64,000 bases of DNA, from the NCBI GenBank assembly GCA_038245905.1, contig JBBRRY010000003.1:104755-168754 (forward strand), read 5' to 3'. The position numbers and the translations under genes are program-made. The DNA comes from Thermoanaerobaculia bacterium. GTDB lineage: Bacteria > Acidobacteriota > Thermoanaerobaculia > UBA5066. The notes under the pieces are model-generated. The model saw only the letters and a list, made by a program, of their open reading frames with translations, had not been told where the DNA came from and did no database searches. Of the stretch, positions 17,978-28,688 are shown one piece after another. Position 1 is the first letter of the stretch, and the number at the start of each line of letters is the position of its first letter.

Positions 17978-19590
17978 AGAGGTTTCTCGAATTCCTCGAG
18001 TCTCGGACGGGACTTACCGCGCTCTGGCGCGCGTTCGCGGACGAACCGGTCTCCATCCGGCACGCGTGGCTGTTCACGCTGGGCTCGGCGGCGCTCGTCG
18101 CGCTCCTCGTCCAGTTCGCCACCGGCTTCGCGCTCGCGCTCGCTTATGCCCCGACGCCGGACCACGCGTGGGAAAGCGTGAAGGCGATTCAGACACGGCT
18201 TCCGGCGGGAGCGCTCGTGCGCGGCCTCCATCACTGGGGCGCGTCCGCGATGGTGCTCTTCGCCCTGCTTCACATGGCCCGCACATTTCTCTTCGGCGCC
18301 TATCGCCGGCCGCGGGAGCTCAACTGGCTCGTGGGCGTCGCGCTCCTCCTCCTCGTGCTCGCATTCGGCTTCACGGGCTATCTTCTTCCGTGGGATCAGA
18401 AGGCCTACTGGGCGACGGTCGTCGGCACGAAGGTGCCGGCGGCGATCCCGATCGCGGGAGCGGCCGTTTCACGTCTTATGGCCGGGGGAACCACCGTCGG
18501 CGCGGCGACGCTGACGCGCTTCTACGCGCTCCACGTCGTCCTGCTGCCGCTCCTGACTCTCGCGTTTGCCTTCGTCCACCTCCTCCTGATGCGCCGGCAC
18601 GGGCACGCCGGGCCGACGGACGAACCGGACCCAAGACAGCCGTTCTTTCCCTATCAAGCCGCGCGGGACGGCGCCGTCGGGCTGGCGCTCGTTCTCGCGC
18701 TCTTCTGGCTCGCGGCGCGGCATCCGGCGCCGCTCGAACGGCTCGCGGATCCGACGGACAGCTCGTACGTGCCACGGCCCGAGTGGTATTTCCTCCCGCT
18801 CTTTCAGCTCCTGAAGCTCTTCAAGAGCCCGTTCGAGCCGATCGGCACCGCAGTCCTTCCGGGGATCTCGATGTTCCTTCTCGCGCTCGTTCCGTGGCTC
18901 GACCGCGGGGCCTCCCGGCGGCCCCGTGACCGGCGGCTCGTCCTCGCGGCCGGCGGCGCGGCGGCGGCCCTGCTCCTCGGCCTGCTCTATTTCGGTGCCC
19001 TCGATTCCCCGAAGGGAAGTCCGTCGGGCCTCGACCCGGCCTCCCAGCCGCCGCCCGACGCGCGGTTTCTCGGCGGCCTCGCCTCGTACGAGAGGCGCGG
19101 TTGCACCTCGTGCCACGGGATCGACGGCCGGCCGGGCGCGCCGCCTGCGGCCGTGTCGATCGCTCTCGCGGCGCGCGGACACGCCCTCAAGGGCGATGGG
19201 CTGACCGCACACGTGAAGGAGAAGAGCGTCCGGGCGCTGGCGACCGACGAGGACGGAGAGAGCCCCGACAAGGACATCCCGTCGCTCCTCGCATACGTCG
19301 AGGTGCTTGGGAAAGACGGGCCGCGTTTCTCCGCGCTGCCGCAGCCGATTCGCCTGGGCGGCGCCGCGATAGACCGAGAGGATTGCCGGCAGTGCCATCA
19401 GCTATACGGAGAGGGCGGCCGCCGCGGGCCCGTGCTTGCTCATCTTCTCGGCAAGCGTGACAAGGACTGGCTTGTCGCGCACTTCAAGGATCCGAAAGCG
19501 CTCGTGCCGGGCTCGAAGATGCCCTCGTTCAAGTTCCTGCCCGACGCCGAGCTCTCCGCGATGTCGGACTACCTGCTCGCGCTGCCGTAG
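17974..19590 (+). CDS. Cytochrome b (b6 + subunit IV regions) fused to two c-type cytochrome domains
   Basis: RGLHHWGAS, YRRPRELNW, GFTGYLLPWDQKAYW, TLTRFYALH, PEWYF; CTSCH and CRQCH heme-c motifs; PGSKMP. Confidence 0.93.
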   Translation: MKRFLEFLESRTGLTALWRAFADEPVSIRHAWLFTLGSAALVALLVQFATGFALALAYAPTPDHAWESVKAIQTRLPAGALVRGLHHWGASAMVLFALLHMARTFLFGAYRRPRELNWLVGVALLLLVLAFGFTGYLLPWDQKAYWATVVGTKVPAAIPIAGAAVSRLMAGGTTVGAATLTRFYALHVVLLPLLTLAFAFVHLLLMRRHGHAGPTDEPDPRQPFFPYQAARDGAVGLALVLALFWLAARHPAPLERLADPTDSSYVPRPEWYFLPLFQLLKLFKSPFEPIGTAVLPGISMFLLALVPWLDRGASRRPRDRRLVLAAGGAAAALLLGLLYFGALDSPKGSPSGLDPASQPPPDARFLGGLASYERRGCTSCHGIDGRPGAPPAAVSIALAARGHALKGDGLTAHVKEKSVRALATDEDGESPDKDIPSLLAYVEVLGKDGPRFSALPQPIRLGGAAIDREDCRQCHQLYGEGGRRGPVLAHLLGKRDKDWLVAHFKDPKALVPGSKMPSFKFLPDAELSAMSDYLLALP

Positions 19591-19611
19591 AGCCGGCCGT
19601 CGACCGGGCGC

Positions 19612-21519
19612 TTACCTTTCGGTAAAAGTCTTCAGGTCGATGCGCTGCGTGAGGAACCGGCGGAACTCGTCGGGCGGAAGGGATGCGACCTGACGGCCCG
19701 TCGTATGCTCGATAGCCGAAAGGACCTTCTCCCAGAGGAACTCGCGGCGCGCGATCTCGTCGAGGTCGCGCACTTTTCCGAAATCCTGAACGAATTTGTT
19801 GTGGCGGCAGAGCATGCGGAACGCGTGCTCGGTGTTCGGACGTCGGACCGGAAGGCCGAGAATGCGCACGTCGTTTCCTACGTCGTGGATGGGCTGGCCC
19901 CACTCGCCATACCCGCCGAAGATGGTCCCGAGCTTCTCGAGGGCGTTCGCGAGCTTAGGCTCTCCGCCCCTCTCGAGCGCCGCCTTCACGATCGGAAGCG
20001 TGATGTTGCGGAAAAGCGTGGGATCCGCGAGGCGAACGTCGATGCCGATCTCCTCGCGCGTTATGCGGGCGATGTCTTCGGAACGGATGCGGTTGTCCGT
20101 TGCGAGATGGATGCGCTCGCCGATCGACTCGGGCACGGTTAGAGCCGCGAGAATTCCTTGGACGACGCGGTCCACGGGAACGATATTCAGCTCAGCCGAG
20201 CGGTCGCCGGGGAAGCTCGACGCGATCGCGCCGATCAGCCACGCTTTCCCGCGGCCGACGACGTCTGCCTGCAGCGCGTCCATCACCTCCTTCGAGCGCC
20301 CGAAGGCGTTGATGGGCGCGTTCACGACCTTCGTGTCACCCCGATTGTTGCCGGTCCTGCTGTGGCCAATGACGATCGAGGGGAGAAGCTGCGACACGCG
20401 GAGGCCCTTGTCGACGAGCGTGTAATCCGTCTCGAGCGACGCCATCGCCTTCGTGAGCTCGTAGAAGTTGTTGTAGAAATTCCGGGGGAAGACGAGCGCG
20501 TTCTCCTGCGCGGTCGTCTTCTTCTTCCGCCCGTGGATGTAGGACGTCTCGATCGCGACGTGCTGAATGAACTTCGTGCCCTTTGCTTCCTGGATCCCCA
20601 GGGCGAACTGAAGCGCGTTGCGCGCCCCCTGCACGTTTGCGCGGAAGGAGTTCTCGTACGAGTCGTCGAAAGACACGCTCGCGGCGCAGTGGATGACGTG
20701 CGTGAGCGTCTTCTCGAGGCGCGCCATCTCGCGCGGCGCGACGCCGAGATTCGGCTTCTCGATGTCTCCGTCCACGAAAACGAATTTCTTCGCCTTCGCT
20801 CCCGTGATGCGAAGGCGCTTCAGGAGAAGCGCGCCTCGCTGGGCAGGCGACAGAATTTTCACGACCTCTTTCGTTTTGGCGTCGCGGATCTTCTCGGGCC
20901 GCACGACACAGACGAGGCGCTCGATCCGGCGGTCGCTCGAGGCCTGCGCGAGGAGCTCCTTGCCCAAAAAGCCGGTGGCGCCCGTCAGGAGAACGTGCAG
21001 TCGCGGGCTGCGCCCGCGCGCCCTCAAGAGGGTGCGTGCGTCGCGCTGCAGCTTTTCGATGCGCGCCTTGACCTCTTTCTCGGACAGGTGGGAGGCCTCG
21101 CGGAACTTGAAGAAGACATTCCGGTCCGTCACGCCGATCAGGCTCTTGGCGCTTCGTTCGACCGCTTTGCTTCCCGTCGCCGAACCGAGCGCCTCGGCGA
21201 GCTTGATCCCGAGGAGGTTCACCTTTCGGAGGCCATCCTTGACGGCATTCTCATTGCCGGTCCACTCGATCAGCCGGCTCGCGAGATATTGAGCGGAGAC
21301 GTCGATCGGGTTCTTGTCCCGGTGGGCGTGAACGAGCAGCTCGTCGGGGTCGATCGGCCGAAGGATCTCCTTGCCGGTCGCGAGGCTCACTTTCGCGATG
21401 TAGCGCGAGGGAGAGCTCTCCCAAAGCATCTCGCCCTTCGGGTTCATCGTCGGCGTGAGTTCCTGCGTCGGGGCTCCTGCGGTCCCGCGCCGGGGCGGGG
21501 CCGTCGTGGAATTCAGCAT
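19612..21519 (-). CDS. Extended SDR / fatty acyl-CoA reductase-like (NAD_binding_4) protein with long N-terminal extension
   Basis: VLLTGATGFLG, HCAASVSF, YELTK (YxxxK), PSIVIG, NIVPVD; GGAGG SD before ATG 21519. Confidence 0.8.
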   Translation of the reverse strand: MLNSTTAPPRRGTAGAPTQELTPTMNPKGEMLWESSPSRYIAKVSLATGKEILRPIDPDELLVHAHRDKNPIDVSAQYLASRLIEWTGNENAVKDGLRKVNLLGIKLAEALGSATGSKAVERSAKSLIGVTDRNVFFKFREASHLSEKEVKARIEKLQRDARTLLRARGRSPRLHVLLTGATGFLGKELLAQASSDRRIERLVCVVRPEKIRDAKTKEVVKILSPAQRGALLLKRLRITGAKAKKFVFVDGDIEKPNLGVAPREMARLEKTLTHVIHCAASVSFDDSYENSFRANVQGARNALQFALGIQEAKGTKFIQHVAIETSYIHGRKKKTTAQENALVFPRNFYNNFYELTKAMASLETDYTLVDKGLRVSQLLPSIVIGHSRTGNNRGDTKVVNAPINAFGRSKEVMDALQADVVGRGKAWLIGAIASSFPGDRSAELNIVPVDRVVQGILAALTVPESIGERIHLATDNRIRSEDIARITREEIGIDVRLADPTLFRNITLPIVKAALERGGEPKLANALEKLGTIFGGYGEWGQPIHDVGNDVRILGLPVRRPNTEHAFRMLCRHNKFVQDFGKVRDLDEIARREFLWEKVLSAIEHTTGRQVASLPPDEFRRFLTQRIDLKTFTER

Positions 21520-21563
21520 GGTTTCCTCCGAAATCCGGAGAGGCATTGTAGTCCCGGGCCGCG

Positions 21564-22217
21564 TTAACCCAGGGCCGCGATGAAGTCGTCCGCCGCGAGC
21601 GCGACGGCGAGAGCCGCTTCGTTGCCGGCTTCGAGATAGAGAGTCGCCGAGGGATCGGCGACCCGCGCGAGCGTACCAGCGCGGACTTCCTTCACGTCGT
21701 CTCCGTCGAACGCGGCGAAGCGTCCGGAGAAGACGGCGAACGCGCGGACGCCGCGAAAGACCCACCGGGCGCCCGGAGGCGGGCCGAGCCGGAGCACGGC
21801 GAGTCCGGCCTCGGGCAGCCGTGCGAGCACGCGGAGGCCCGTGATCCCGGGAAAGGCCGCCCCCGCGACACCATCGCGCTTGATGTGACGGAGCGGCGCT
21901 GGAGACGGTCTGCGAATGACGACAACGTCACCGGGTTCCACGTTGGATCCGCCGCGGCCGGAGGAGAGCGCGATCAGCGCCGAGGCGCCGCCATCCCCCT
22001 CTTCCCCTCCAAAGAAAAAACCACCGTGACCCTCACTGAGGCACAGGAGATGCTGAGAGGGTATTCGCTCGAACGCGTAAACCGAGACGCCGGGCGCTTG
22101 CACCGTGCGCGGCGGTGGCGGCACGGGGCCGCGCCGGTCGTCGTTCTTCGGAATGTCCTTTGTAGCGGCCGGCGGCTCGCCCGGCTTCCTTCTTCCGAAG
22201 AGCCACTTCACGTTCAC
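21564..22217 (-). CDS. Hypothetical protein
   Basis: Fills the gap between co-oriented genes; no recognised motif. Confidence 0.5.
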   Translation of the reverse strand: MNVKWLFGRRKPGEPPAATKDIPKNDDRRGPVPPPPRTVQAPGVSVYAFERIPSQHLLCLSEGHGGFFFGGEEGDGGASALIALSSGRGGSNVEPGDVVVIRRPSPAPLRHIKRDGVAGAAFPGITGLRVLARLPEAGLAVLRLGPPPGARWVFRGVRAFAVFSGRFAAFDGDDVKEVRAGTLARVADPSATLYLEAGNEAALAVALAADDFIAALG

Positions 22218-22236
22218 GGCGCGACTCGCGGCCCTG

Positions 22237-22992
22237 TCACGGCGACCCGAGAAGCGTGCGGAGGCGCTGGGCGCCCGCGCGGCTGACCGGAAGGCGGGAC
22301 TCGTCGACGAGGACGGCGGTGGAGGCGCCCGTCGCGGAGCCCTCGACGCGTTGAAGGCAATCGAGATTGAGGAGATAGGACCGGTGGATTCTCACGAAGT
22401 GCTCCTTGGGGAGCGCGTCTTCCAGGCTCGCGAGCGTCTGCTTCTTGATGTGATTCCGGCCGCCCGAGGACAGCAGAACGTAGTCGTCCTCGGCCTTCAC
22501 GTAGTCGATCTTCTCGACGGGCAGCACCGTCACCGTGACGCCGTCCTTCACGACGACGCGTGAGAGCGGCGCGCCGCGGGGCCCGAGAGGCAGCGCGGAC
22601 GGCACGCCGCCCGCGGCGAGCCGGGTGCGCGCCCTTTCGAGCGCCCGGTCGAAACGCGCGCGGTCGAACGGCTTCAAGAGGTAGTCCACGGCGTTCGCGT
22701 CGAACGCCTTCAGCGCGTACTGGTCGTAAGCGGTGACGAAGATGACGGCCGGGCGGCCCGTGGCGTCGCGGTCGATGAGCTCGAGCACTTCGAGCCCGTC
22801 GAGCTCGGGCATCTGGACGTCGAGGAAGAGAAGGTCCGGCTTCGTCTCGGCGACGGCCCGAACCGCCTCGAACCCGTTCGCGCACTCGGCCAGGACCCGG
22901 ATGTCCGGGTGGGCGGCGAGAAGCTGGCGCACGAGGGAGCGTGCGAGCGCCTCGTCGTCCACGAGCACGGCGCCGAGAAGAGGGGCTGGCAT
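22237..22992 (-). CDS. LytTR-family response regulator
   Basis: VDDEALAR, FLDVQMP, FVTAYD, DYLLKP, FVRIHRSY, LPVSR. Confidence 0.95.
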   Translation of the reverse strand: MPAPLLGAVLVDDEALARSLVRQLLAAHPDIRVLAECANGFEAVRAVAETKPDLLFLDVQMPELDGLEVLELIDRDATGRPAVIFVTAYDQYALKAFDANAVDYLLKPFDRARFDRALERARTRLAAGGVPSALPLGPRGAPLSRVVVKDGVTVTVLPVEKIDYVKAEDDYVLLSSGGRNHIKKQTLASLEDALPKEHFVRIHRSYLLNLDCLQRVEGSATGASTAVLVDESRLPVSRAGAQRLRTLLGSP

Positions 22993-23026
22993 GAACCGAT
23001 GGTAGCGCCGTGCCCGCGAGGTGGCG

Positions 23027-24082
23027 TCAGGGTCCCGCGGGCAGCTCGATCTCGACTCGGAAGCGGCCGTTGGAAAGGCCGGCGCCGACGTGCCCGGCGT
23101 CGCCCCAGTGCGCGGCCACGCGGCGTCTCACGTTTGCGAGCCCGACCCCCGCGCCGGCGGGCTTTTCCGATCCGGCGTCGGCGGGATTCTCGACGACGAT
23201 CGATACGCGGTCTCCCCGGCGTTTCGTCACGAGTGAGAGGGTCCCGCCCTCGAGGCGCGCCCCGATGCCGTGCTTGACGGCATTCTCGACGAGCGGCTGC
23301 AGGAGAAGGGGCGGAACGGCCACGTCGAGCACGGAGTCGTCGAGGTCTTCGGCCATCGTGAGCCGGTCTCCGAACCTCACTTGCTCGATCGCGAGATAGC
23401 GATGCGCGAGAGCGAGCTCCTCGCGGAGCGAGATCGACGAGCGTTCCGACATGCCGAGCGTCGTCCTCAGGAAATCGGACAGGAGGGCGCACATCGAGCG
23501 GGCCTCCTCGGGGCGGACGGCGACGAGCGCCGCGATCGAGTTCAGGCTGTTGAAGAGAAAATGGGGGTTGAGCCTTTCCCTGAGAACCTGAAGCTCGGCC
23601 TCGCGGGCCAGCGTCCGGAGCTCCGCCGCGCGGCGCTCCTGGTCGCGCGCGGCCTCCGAGGCTTCGAGCACGTAGTGCATCGCGAGGACGAGCAGGTAGA
23701 GGAGGACGCCGAGCAGAAAAACCACGGGGCCGGCGTGCGCGAGCCGGTCCGGCAGCGTTTCGAACACGGGCAGGAGCGCGAGCCCCCACGCCAGCGTCGT
23801 TCCGGAAAGAAGCCAGAGCGAGGCGGCCACGATCGAAGCGACCGCGAGGGCGGACGCGGTCGCGAGGAGCCTGGCCGAGTCGACGGGAAAGGCCCGGCAG
23901 AGATACCAGGACGAGAGGCACAGGAACGCGTAGAGAAGCCCGAGCGGCGCCGCGAGGGCCGCCGCCTCGAGAAGAGAGAGCCCCCCCGCGAGCATGAGCA
24001 GTCCGCCGAGAATCGCGGTCAGCGGAATCCAGCCGAGAAGGTAGACGCCGAGGCGTCCCGACTGCGTGAAGAAGGGGTGCAT
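23027..24082 (-). CDS. LytS-type sensor histidine kinase
   Basis: N-terminal TMs; LNPHFLFNSLNSI, LQPLVENAVKHG, GVGLANV. Confidence 0.95.
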   Translation of the reverse strand: MHPFFTQSGRLGVYLLGWIPLTAILGGLLMLAGGLSLLEAAALAAPLGLLYAFLCLSSWYLCRAFPVDSARLLATASALAVASIVAASLWLLSGTTLAWGLALLPVFETLPDRLAHAGPVVFLLGVLLYLLVLAMHYVLEASEAARDQERRAAELRTLAREAELQVLRERLNPHFLFNSLNSIAALVAVRPEEARSMCALLSDFLRTTLGMSERSSISLREELALAHRYLAIEQVRFGDRLTMAEDLDDSVLDVAVPPLLLQPLVENAVKHGIGARLEGGTLSLVTKRRGDRVSIVVENPADAGSEKPAGAGVGLANVRRRVAAHWGDAGHVGAGLSNGRFRVEIELPAGP

Positions 24083-24091
24083 CGCGCGCCC

Positions 24092-24817
24092 CTAGTTCTT
24101 GATGCCGAGGCCGCCGAAGAGGATGAAGCCGGTGACGAGAAGCTCTTTCTGGGGGCCCGTGGATTCGCGGAGGACGTGGCGGCTCCTGTCGTCCGTGCCG
24201 CCGAAGATCGGGACGACCTTCAGGATCACGTTCCAGTCCTCGGGCACGCGGAGATCGCCCCCGCCGCAGAAGCAGAAGACGTCGATGACCGCGCGATCCC
24301 CCGCCATCTTCGAATCGCGAAGGTCCAGCTTGAACCCGCCGAAGACGGCGTTTGCCTGCCCGCCCTGGAAGGCGGGGGAGATGATCCGGCGCTCGCCGCC
24401 GCCGAAAACCGCCCACTCGTTCAACGTGCCGCCGGGGTTTGCGGACGCGTCCCACGAGCGTGCGCCCGGGCGCTGCGCGAAGACGAGGCGAAGGCCGATG
24501 AACACGAAGATGAGCGGAAGGAGGTAGCTGAGCCGGAAATGCAGGCCGCCGAAGTTCCGCGCGAGGAAGAGCCCCCCCGCCGTGATGAGCGCGAGGCCCG
24601 TCAGGAACGAGCGAGCGTAGAGCTTCGTCACGCCGACGGCGACGAGGACGAGCGGCCAGAACTTCCAGAAGCTTCTGATCTCGATGACGCCGAAGTTGTC
24701 GAGCGTGAAGAGCACGCCCGCGGCGATGAACGAAACGCCGATGATGAGGCGGGACATCGTGTCGGAACGGGGGCTGGTGTCCGGGTTTCCTCTGGGCTCC
24801 GTGCTTTCCATATCCAT
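24092..24817 (-). CDS. LiaF-like membrane protein (DUF5668 TM + DUF2154-like C-terminus)
   Basis: 4 TM with FWPLVLV; AVFGG...LDLR...VPEDW.V...PIFGG; GGGAG SD. Confidence 0.8.
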   Translation of the reverse strand: MDMESTEPRGNPDTSPRSDTMSRLIIGVSFIAAGVLFTLDNFGVIEIRSFWKFWPLVLVAVGVTKLYARSFLTGLALITAGGLFLARNFGGLHFRLSYLLPLIFVFIGLRLVFAQRPGARSWDASANPGGTLNEWAVFGGGERRIISPAFQGGQANAVFGGFKLDLRDSKMAGDRAVIDVFCFCGGGDLRVPEDWNVILKVVPIFGGTDDRSRHVLRESTGPQKELLVTGFILFGGLGIKN

Positions 24818-24968
24818 GTCTCCCAGGATCAAGATACGACGCCCGGGGGAGTTCAGCCCGGCCTTTTCGGCGAATCGACTTCCTGGGGCGGCGAGTGGCC
24901 TCCCAGCCTCCTGACCGGCTACGTGACGCAGCGCTACGGGAGGCCCCTCGCGGCGGCGTGAGTCTTCG

Positions 24969-27900
24969 TCAGCGCGCGGCCGCGGCCGGCACGTCCGCAC
25001 GCGCGGGCTCGTATCCGAGATTCGGCGACAGCCACCGCTCGACGTCGGCGACGGGCATACCCTTGCGCCGGGCGTAGTCCTCGACCTGATCGCGTGCGAG
25101 GCGGCCGACTCCGAAGTAGTGCGCCTCGGGATTCCCGAAGTAGAACCCGCTCACGGAGCTCGCGGGCGTCATGGCGAAGCTCTCCGTGAGCGAGATCCCT
25201 GCCGCCGCCTCTGCATCGAGGAGCGCGAAGAGCGTGCGCTTCTCGGTGTGGTCGGGGCACGCGGGATAGCCGGGCGCGGGCCGGATGCCGCGGTAGCGCT
25301 CGCGAAGGAGGTCGTCCGCCGTGAGGCTCTCGTTCCGGCCGTAACCCCAGTCCCGGCGCGCGCGCTGATGCAGCATCTCGGCGAAGGCCTCGGCGAGGCG
25401 GTCGGCGAGCGCCTTCACGAGGATCGAGGAATAGTCGTCGTGGTCCTTCTCGAACGCCTGGCAGAGCGCGTCGACGCCGATGCCGGTTGTCACGGCGAAG
25501 GCGCCGAGAAAATCCGTGAGGCCGCTCCCGAGGGGGGCCACGAAGTCGGCTAGGGCCTCCAGGGGCTGGCCCTCCGGCTTTTCCATCTGCTGCCGGAGAG
25601 TGTGAAGAGTCGCGAGCGGCCGTGCCCGAGGCGCGTCCGCGAAGAGGCGGATGTCGTCGCCGTCCGCGTTCGCCGGAAAAAATCCGTAGACGCCGTGCGC
25701 CGTGAGAAGGCGCTCGCTCACGATCCGGTCGAGGAGGGCCCGCGCGTCCTGGAAGAGCTCTTTCGCCTTCTCGCCGACGACGGGATCCTCCAGGATTTGC
25801 GGATACCGCCCCCGCAGCTCCCACGCGTGGAAGAACGGCGACCAGTCGATGAAGGGGACGAGGTCGGCGAGGGGCACGTCGCGGAGGACGCGCGCGCCGG
25901 TGAAGGAGGGCACGGCGAGGTCCGCGCCGGCCCAGTCGAAGCGCGGCCTGCGGGCGCGGGCGGCGGCGAGAGACACGAGCGGCTTGGCCGTTCGCTTTTC
26001 ATGCTCGGCGACGAGCAGCGTCTGTTTCTTCCGGTTGAGGTCGGCAAACGCGGCCGCGCCGGCGCCGAGAAGGCCGCTGACCGCGCCGACGGCCCGCGAC
26101 GCGTCCAGGACGTGGACGACAGGCGGCCCATAGGCGGGTGCGATCTTGACGGCGGTGTGGATGGGACTCGTCGTGGCTCCGCCGATCAGGAGAGGAAGGG
26201 CAAAACCCGAGCGCTCCATCTCGCGGGCCACGTGGACCATTTCGTCGAGGGACGGCGTGATGAGGCCGGAGAGGCCGATCACGCGCGCTCCGTGCTCCCT
26301 CGCGGCCGCGAGGATGCGGTCGGCGGGCACCATGACGCCGAGGTCGACGACGGCGTAGCCGTTGCATTGCAGGACGACGCCCACGATGTTCTTCCCGATG
26401 TCGTGGACGTCGCCCTTCACGGTCGCGAGAAGCACCGTGACCTGCGAGGACACTGCGCCCGCTTTCTTCTCGGCCTCGAGGTAGGGCTGGAGGTACGCGA
26501 CGGCCTTCTTCATGACGCGCGCGCTCTTGACGACCTGCGGAAGGAACATCTTCCCGGCCCCGAAGAGATCGCCAACCACGTTCATGCCGGCCATCAGCGG
26601 CCCCTCGATGACGGCGAGCGGTGCGCCGTACTTCCGTCGCGCCTCTTCGACGTCGGCGTCGATGAAGTCGACTATGCCCTTGACGAGCGCGTGCGACAGG
26701 CGCTCCTCGACGGGGCCGCTCCTCCAGGCGTCGGCCATGGCCACGACCTCGGCCTTGTCCGCCTTCTTCACGGACTCGGCGAACGTGACGAGGCGCTCCG
26801 TGGCGTCCGGACGCCGGTTCAGGAGGACATCCTCGACGAGGGCGAGTAGGTTCTTCGGGATCTCCTCGTAGACCGCGAGCTGGCCCGCGTTCACGATGCC
26901 CATGTCGAGGCCGGCCCCGATCGCGTGATAGAGGAACGCCGCGTGCATGGCCTCGCGGACCGTGTTGTTGCCGCGGAACGAGAAGGAGATGTTGGACACG
27001 CCGCCCGAGACCTTCGCGTGCAGGAGCGTCGCCTTGATTCTCCGCGTGGCCTCGAGGAAATTCAGCGCATAGGCGTCGTGCTCCTCGATGCCGGTCGCGA
27101 CCGTGAGGATGTTCGGATCGAAGACGACGTCTTCGGGTGGGAAGCCGATCTCCTCGGTGAGGATGCGATAGGCGCGCGCGGCGATCGCGACCTTGCGCTC
27201 CACGGTCGTCGCCTGTCCGTCCTCGTCGAATGCCATGACGATGACCGCGGCCCCGTAGCGGCGCACGAGGCGCGCGTGACTCCGGAAGGAATCCTCGCCC
27301 TCCTTCAGGCTGATCGAGTTCACGATGGACTTGCCCTGGAGGCACTTCAGTCCGGCCTCGATCACGTCCCACTTCGAGCTGTCGAGCATGATCGGAAGCT
27401 TCGCGATGTCGGGCTCGGCCGAGAGGAGGTTCAGGAAGCGCGTCATCGCCGCCTTCCCGTCCAGCATTCCCTCGTCCATGTTGACGTCGAGGACGTTCGC
27501 TCCCCCCTCGACCTGCTGCCGCGCGACCGTGAGCGCCCCCTCGTAGTCGCCCGACAGGACGAGCTTCGCGAACTTCGGAGATCCGGTGACGTTCGTGCGC
27601 TCTCCGACGACGGTGAACACCTCGGGCCGGAACGTGTAGGGCTCGAGACCCGAGAGGCGCGTCGCGCGCCCGGGCACAGGAAGCTGCCGCGGAGGCAGCC
27701 CTTTCACGGCGTCCGCGATCGCGCGGATGTGCGCCGGCGTCGTGCCGCAGCAGCCCCCCACGATGTTCACCCAGCCCTCGCGCGCGAAGGCGCCGATATC
27801 TCCGCACATGATCTCGGGCGTCTCGTCGAAGCCGCCAAAGGCGTTGGGCAGTCCTGCATTGGGGTACGCGCTCAGGAACACCGGCGCGAGGCCGGACAGC

Positions 27901-28688
27901 TCCTCGATGTAGGGCCGCATCTCCTTCGCGCCGAGCGCGCAGTTGATGCCGACCGACAGGAGCGGCGCGTGCAAAACGGAATTCCAGAACGCCTCGACCA
28001 TCTGGCCCGAGAGCGTCCGCCCCGACTTGTCCGTGATCGTGACGGAGACCATGAGCGGAACGCTCCGGCCGGCCGCTTCGAAATGCTGAAGCGCGGCAAA
28101 CAGGGCCGCCTTCAGGACGAGCGTGTCGAAGACCGTCTCGAAGAGCAGGAAGTCGACCCCGCCGTCGAGGAGCCCCCGGATCTGCTCGGTGTACGCCGCG
28201 ACGAACTCGTCGAAGACGTGGGTTCTCTTCCCCGGGTCGTTGACGTCCACGGCGAGCGACAGCGTCCGGTTCGAGGGGCCGATCGCGCCCGCGACGAAGG
28301 CGTCCCTACCGCTCGCCGCGCGATGCGCATCGACGGCGCGGCGGGCGGCGCCCGCGGCCGCGACGTTCATCTCGTACGCAAGACTCTCCAGGCCGTAGTC
28401 GGAGAGCGAGATCGCCTGCGCGTTGAACGTATTCGTCTCGAGGATGTCGGCGCCCGCCTCGAGGTACAGCCGGTGGATGTCCTCGATGATCGCGGGCTGC
28501 GTCAGGACGAGGAGGTCGTTCGCGCCCTTGAGGTCCTTCGGGTGGTTCCGAAAACGCGCGCCACGATAACCCGCCTCGTCCAGAGAGTGCGCCTGGATCA
28601 TGGTCCCCATCGCCCCGTCGATGACGGCGATGCGCTGCTTCAGGAGCGCGCGCAGGCGGGCTTCGGCGGTCATGAGCGACGGGCTCAT
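24969..28688 (-). CDS. metH: Cobalamin-dependent methionine synthase
   Basis: [62 protein letters not shown]; ATGA overlap with upstream gene. Confidence 0.98.
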   Translation of the reverse strand: MSPSLMTAEARLRALLKQRIAVIDGAMGTMIQAHSLDEAGYRGARFRNHPKDLKGANDLLVLTQPAIIEDIHRLYLEAGADILETNTFNAQAISLSDYGLESLAYEMNVAAAGAARRAVDAHRAASGRDAFVAGAIGPSNRTLSLAVDVNDPGKRTHVFDEFVAAYTEQIRGLLDGGVDFLLFETVFDTLVLKAALFAALQHFEAAGRSVPLMVSVTITDKSGRTLSGQMVEAFWNSVLHAPLLSVGINCALGAKEMRPYIEELSGLAPVFLSAYPNAGLPNAFGGFDETPEIMCGDIGAFAREGWVNIVGGCCGTTPAHIRAIADAVKGLPPRQLPVPGRATRLSGLEPYTFRPEVFTVVGERTNVTGSPKFAKLVLSGDYEGALTVARQQVEGGANVLDVNMDEGMLDGKAAMTRFLNLLSAEPDIAKLPIMLDSSKWDVIEAGLKCLQGKSIVNSISLKEGEDSFRSHARLVRRYGAAVIVMAFDEDGQATTVERKVAIAARAYRILTEEIGFPPEDVVFDPNILTVATGIEEHDAYALNFLEATRRIKATLLHAKVSGGVSNISFSFRGNNTVREAMHAAFLYHAIGAGLDMGIVNAGQLAVYEEIPKNLLALVEDVLLNRRPDATERLVTFAESVKKADKAEVVAMADAWRSGPVEERLSHALVKGIVDFIDADVEEARRKYGAPLAVIEGPLMAGMNVVGDLFGAGKMFLPQVVKSARVMKKAVAYLQPYLEAEKKAGAVSSQVTVLLATVKGDVHDIGKNIVGVVLQCNGYAVVDLGVMVPADRILAAAREHGARVIGLSGLITPSLDEMVHVAREMERSGFALPLLIGGATTSPIHTAVKIAPAYGPPVVHVLDASRAVGAVSGLLGAGAAAFADLNRKKQTLLVAEHEKRTAKPLVSLAAARARRPRFDWAGADLAVPSFTGARVLRDVPLADLVPFIDWSPFFHAWELRGRYPQILEDPVVGEKAKELFQDARALLDRIVSERLLTAHGVYGFFPANADGDDIRLFADAPRARPLATLHTLRQQMEKPEGQPLEALADFVAPLGSGLTDFLGAFAVTTGIGVDALCQAFEKDHDDYSSILVKALADRLAEAFAEMLHQRARRDWGYGRNESLTADDLLRERYRGIRPAPGYPACPDHTEKRTLFALLDAEAAAGISLTESFAMTPASSVSGFYFGNPEAHYFGVGRLARDQVEDYARRKGMPVADVERWLSPNLGYEPARADVPAAAAR

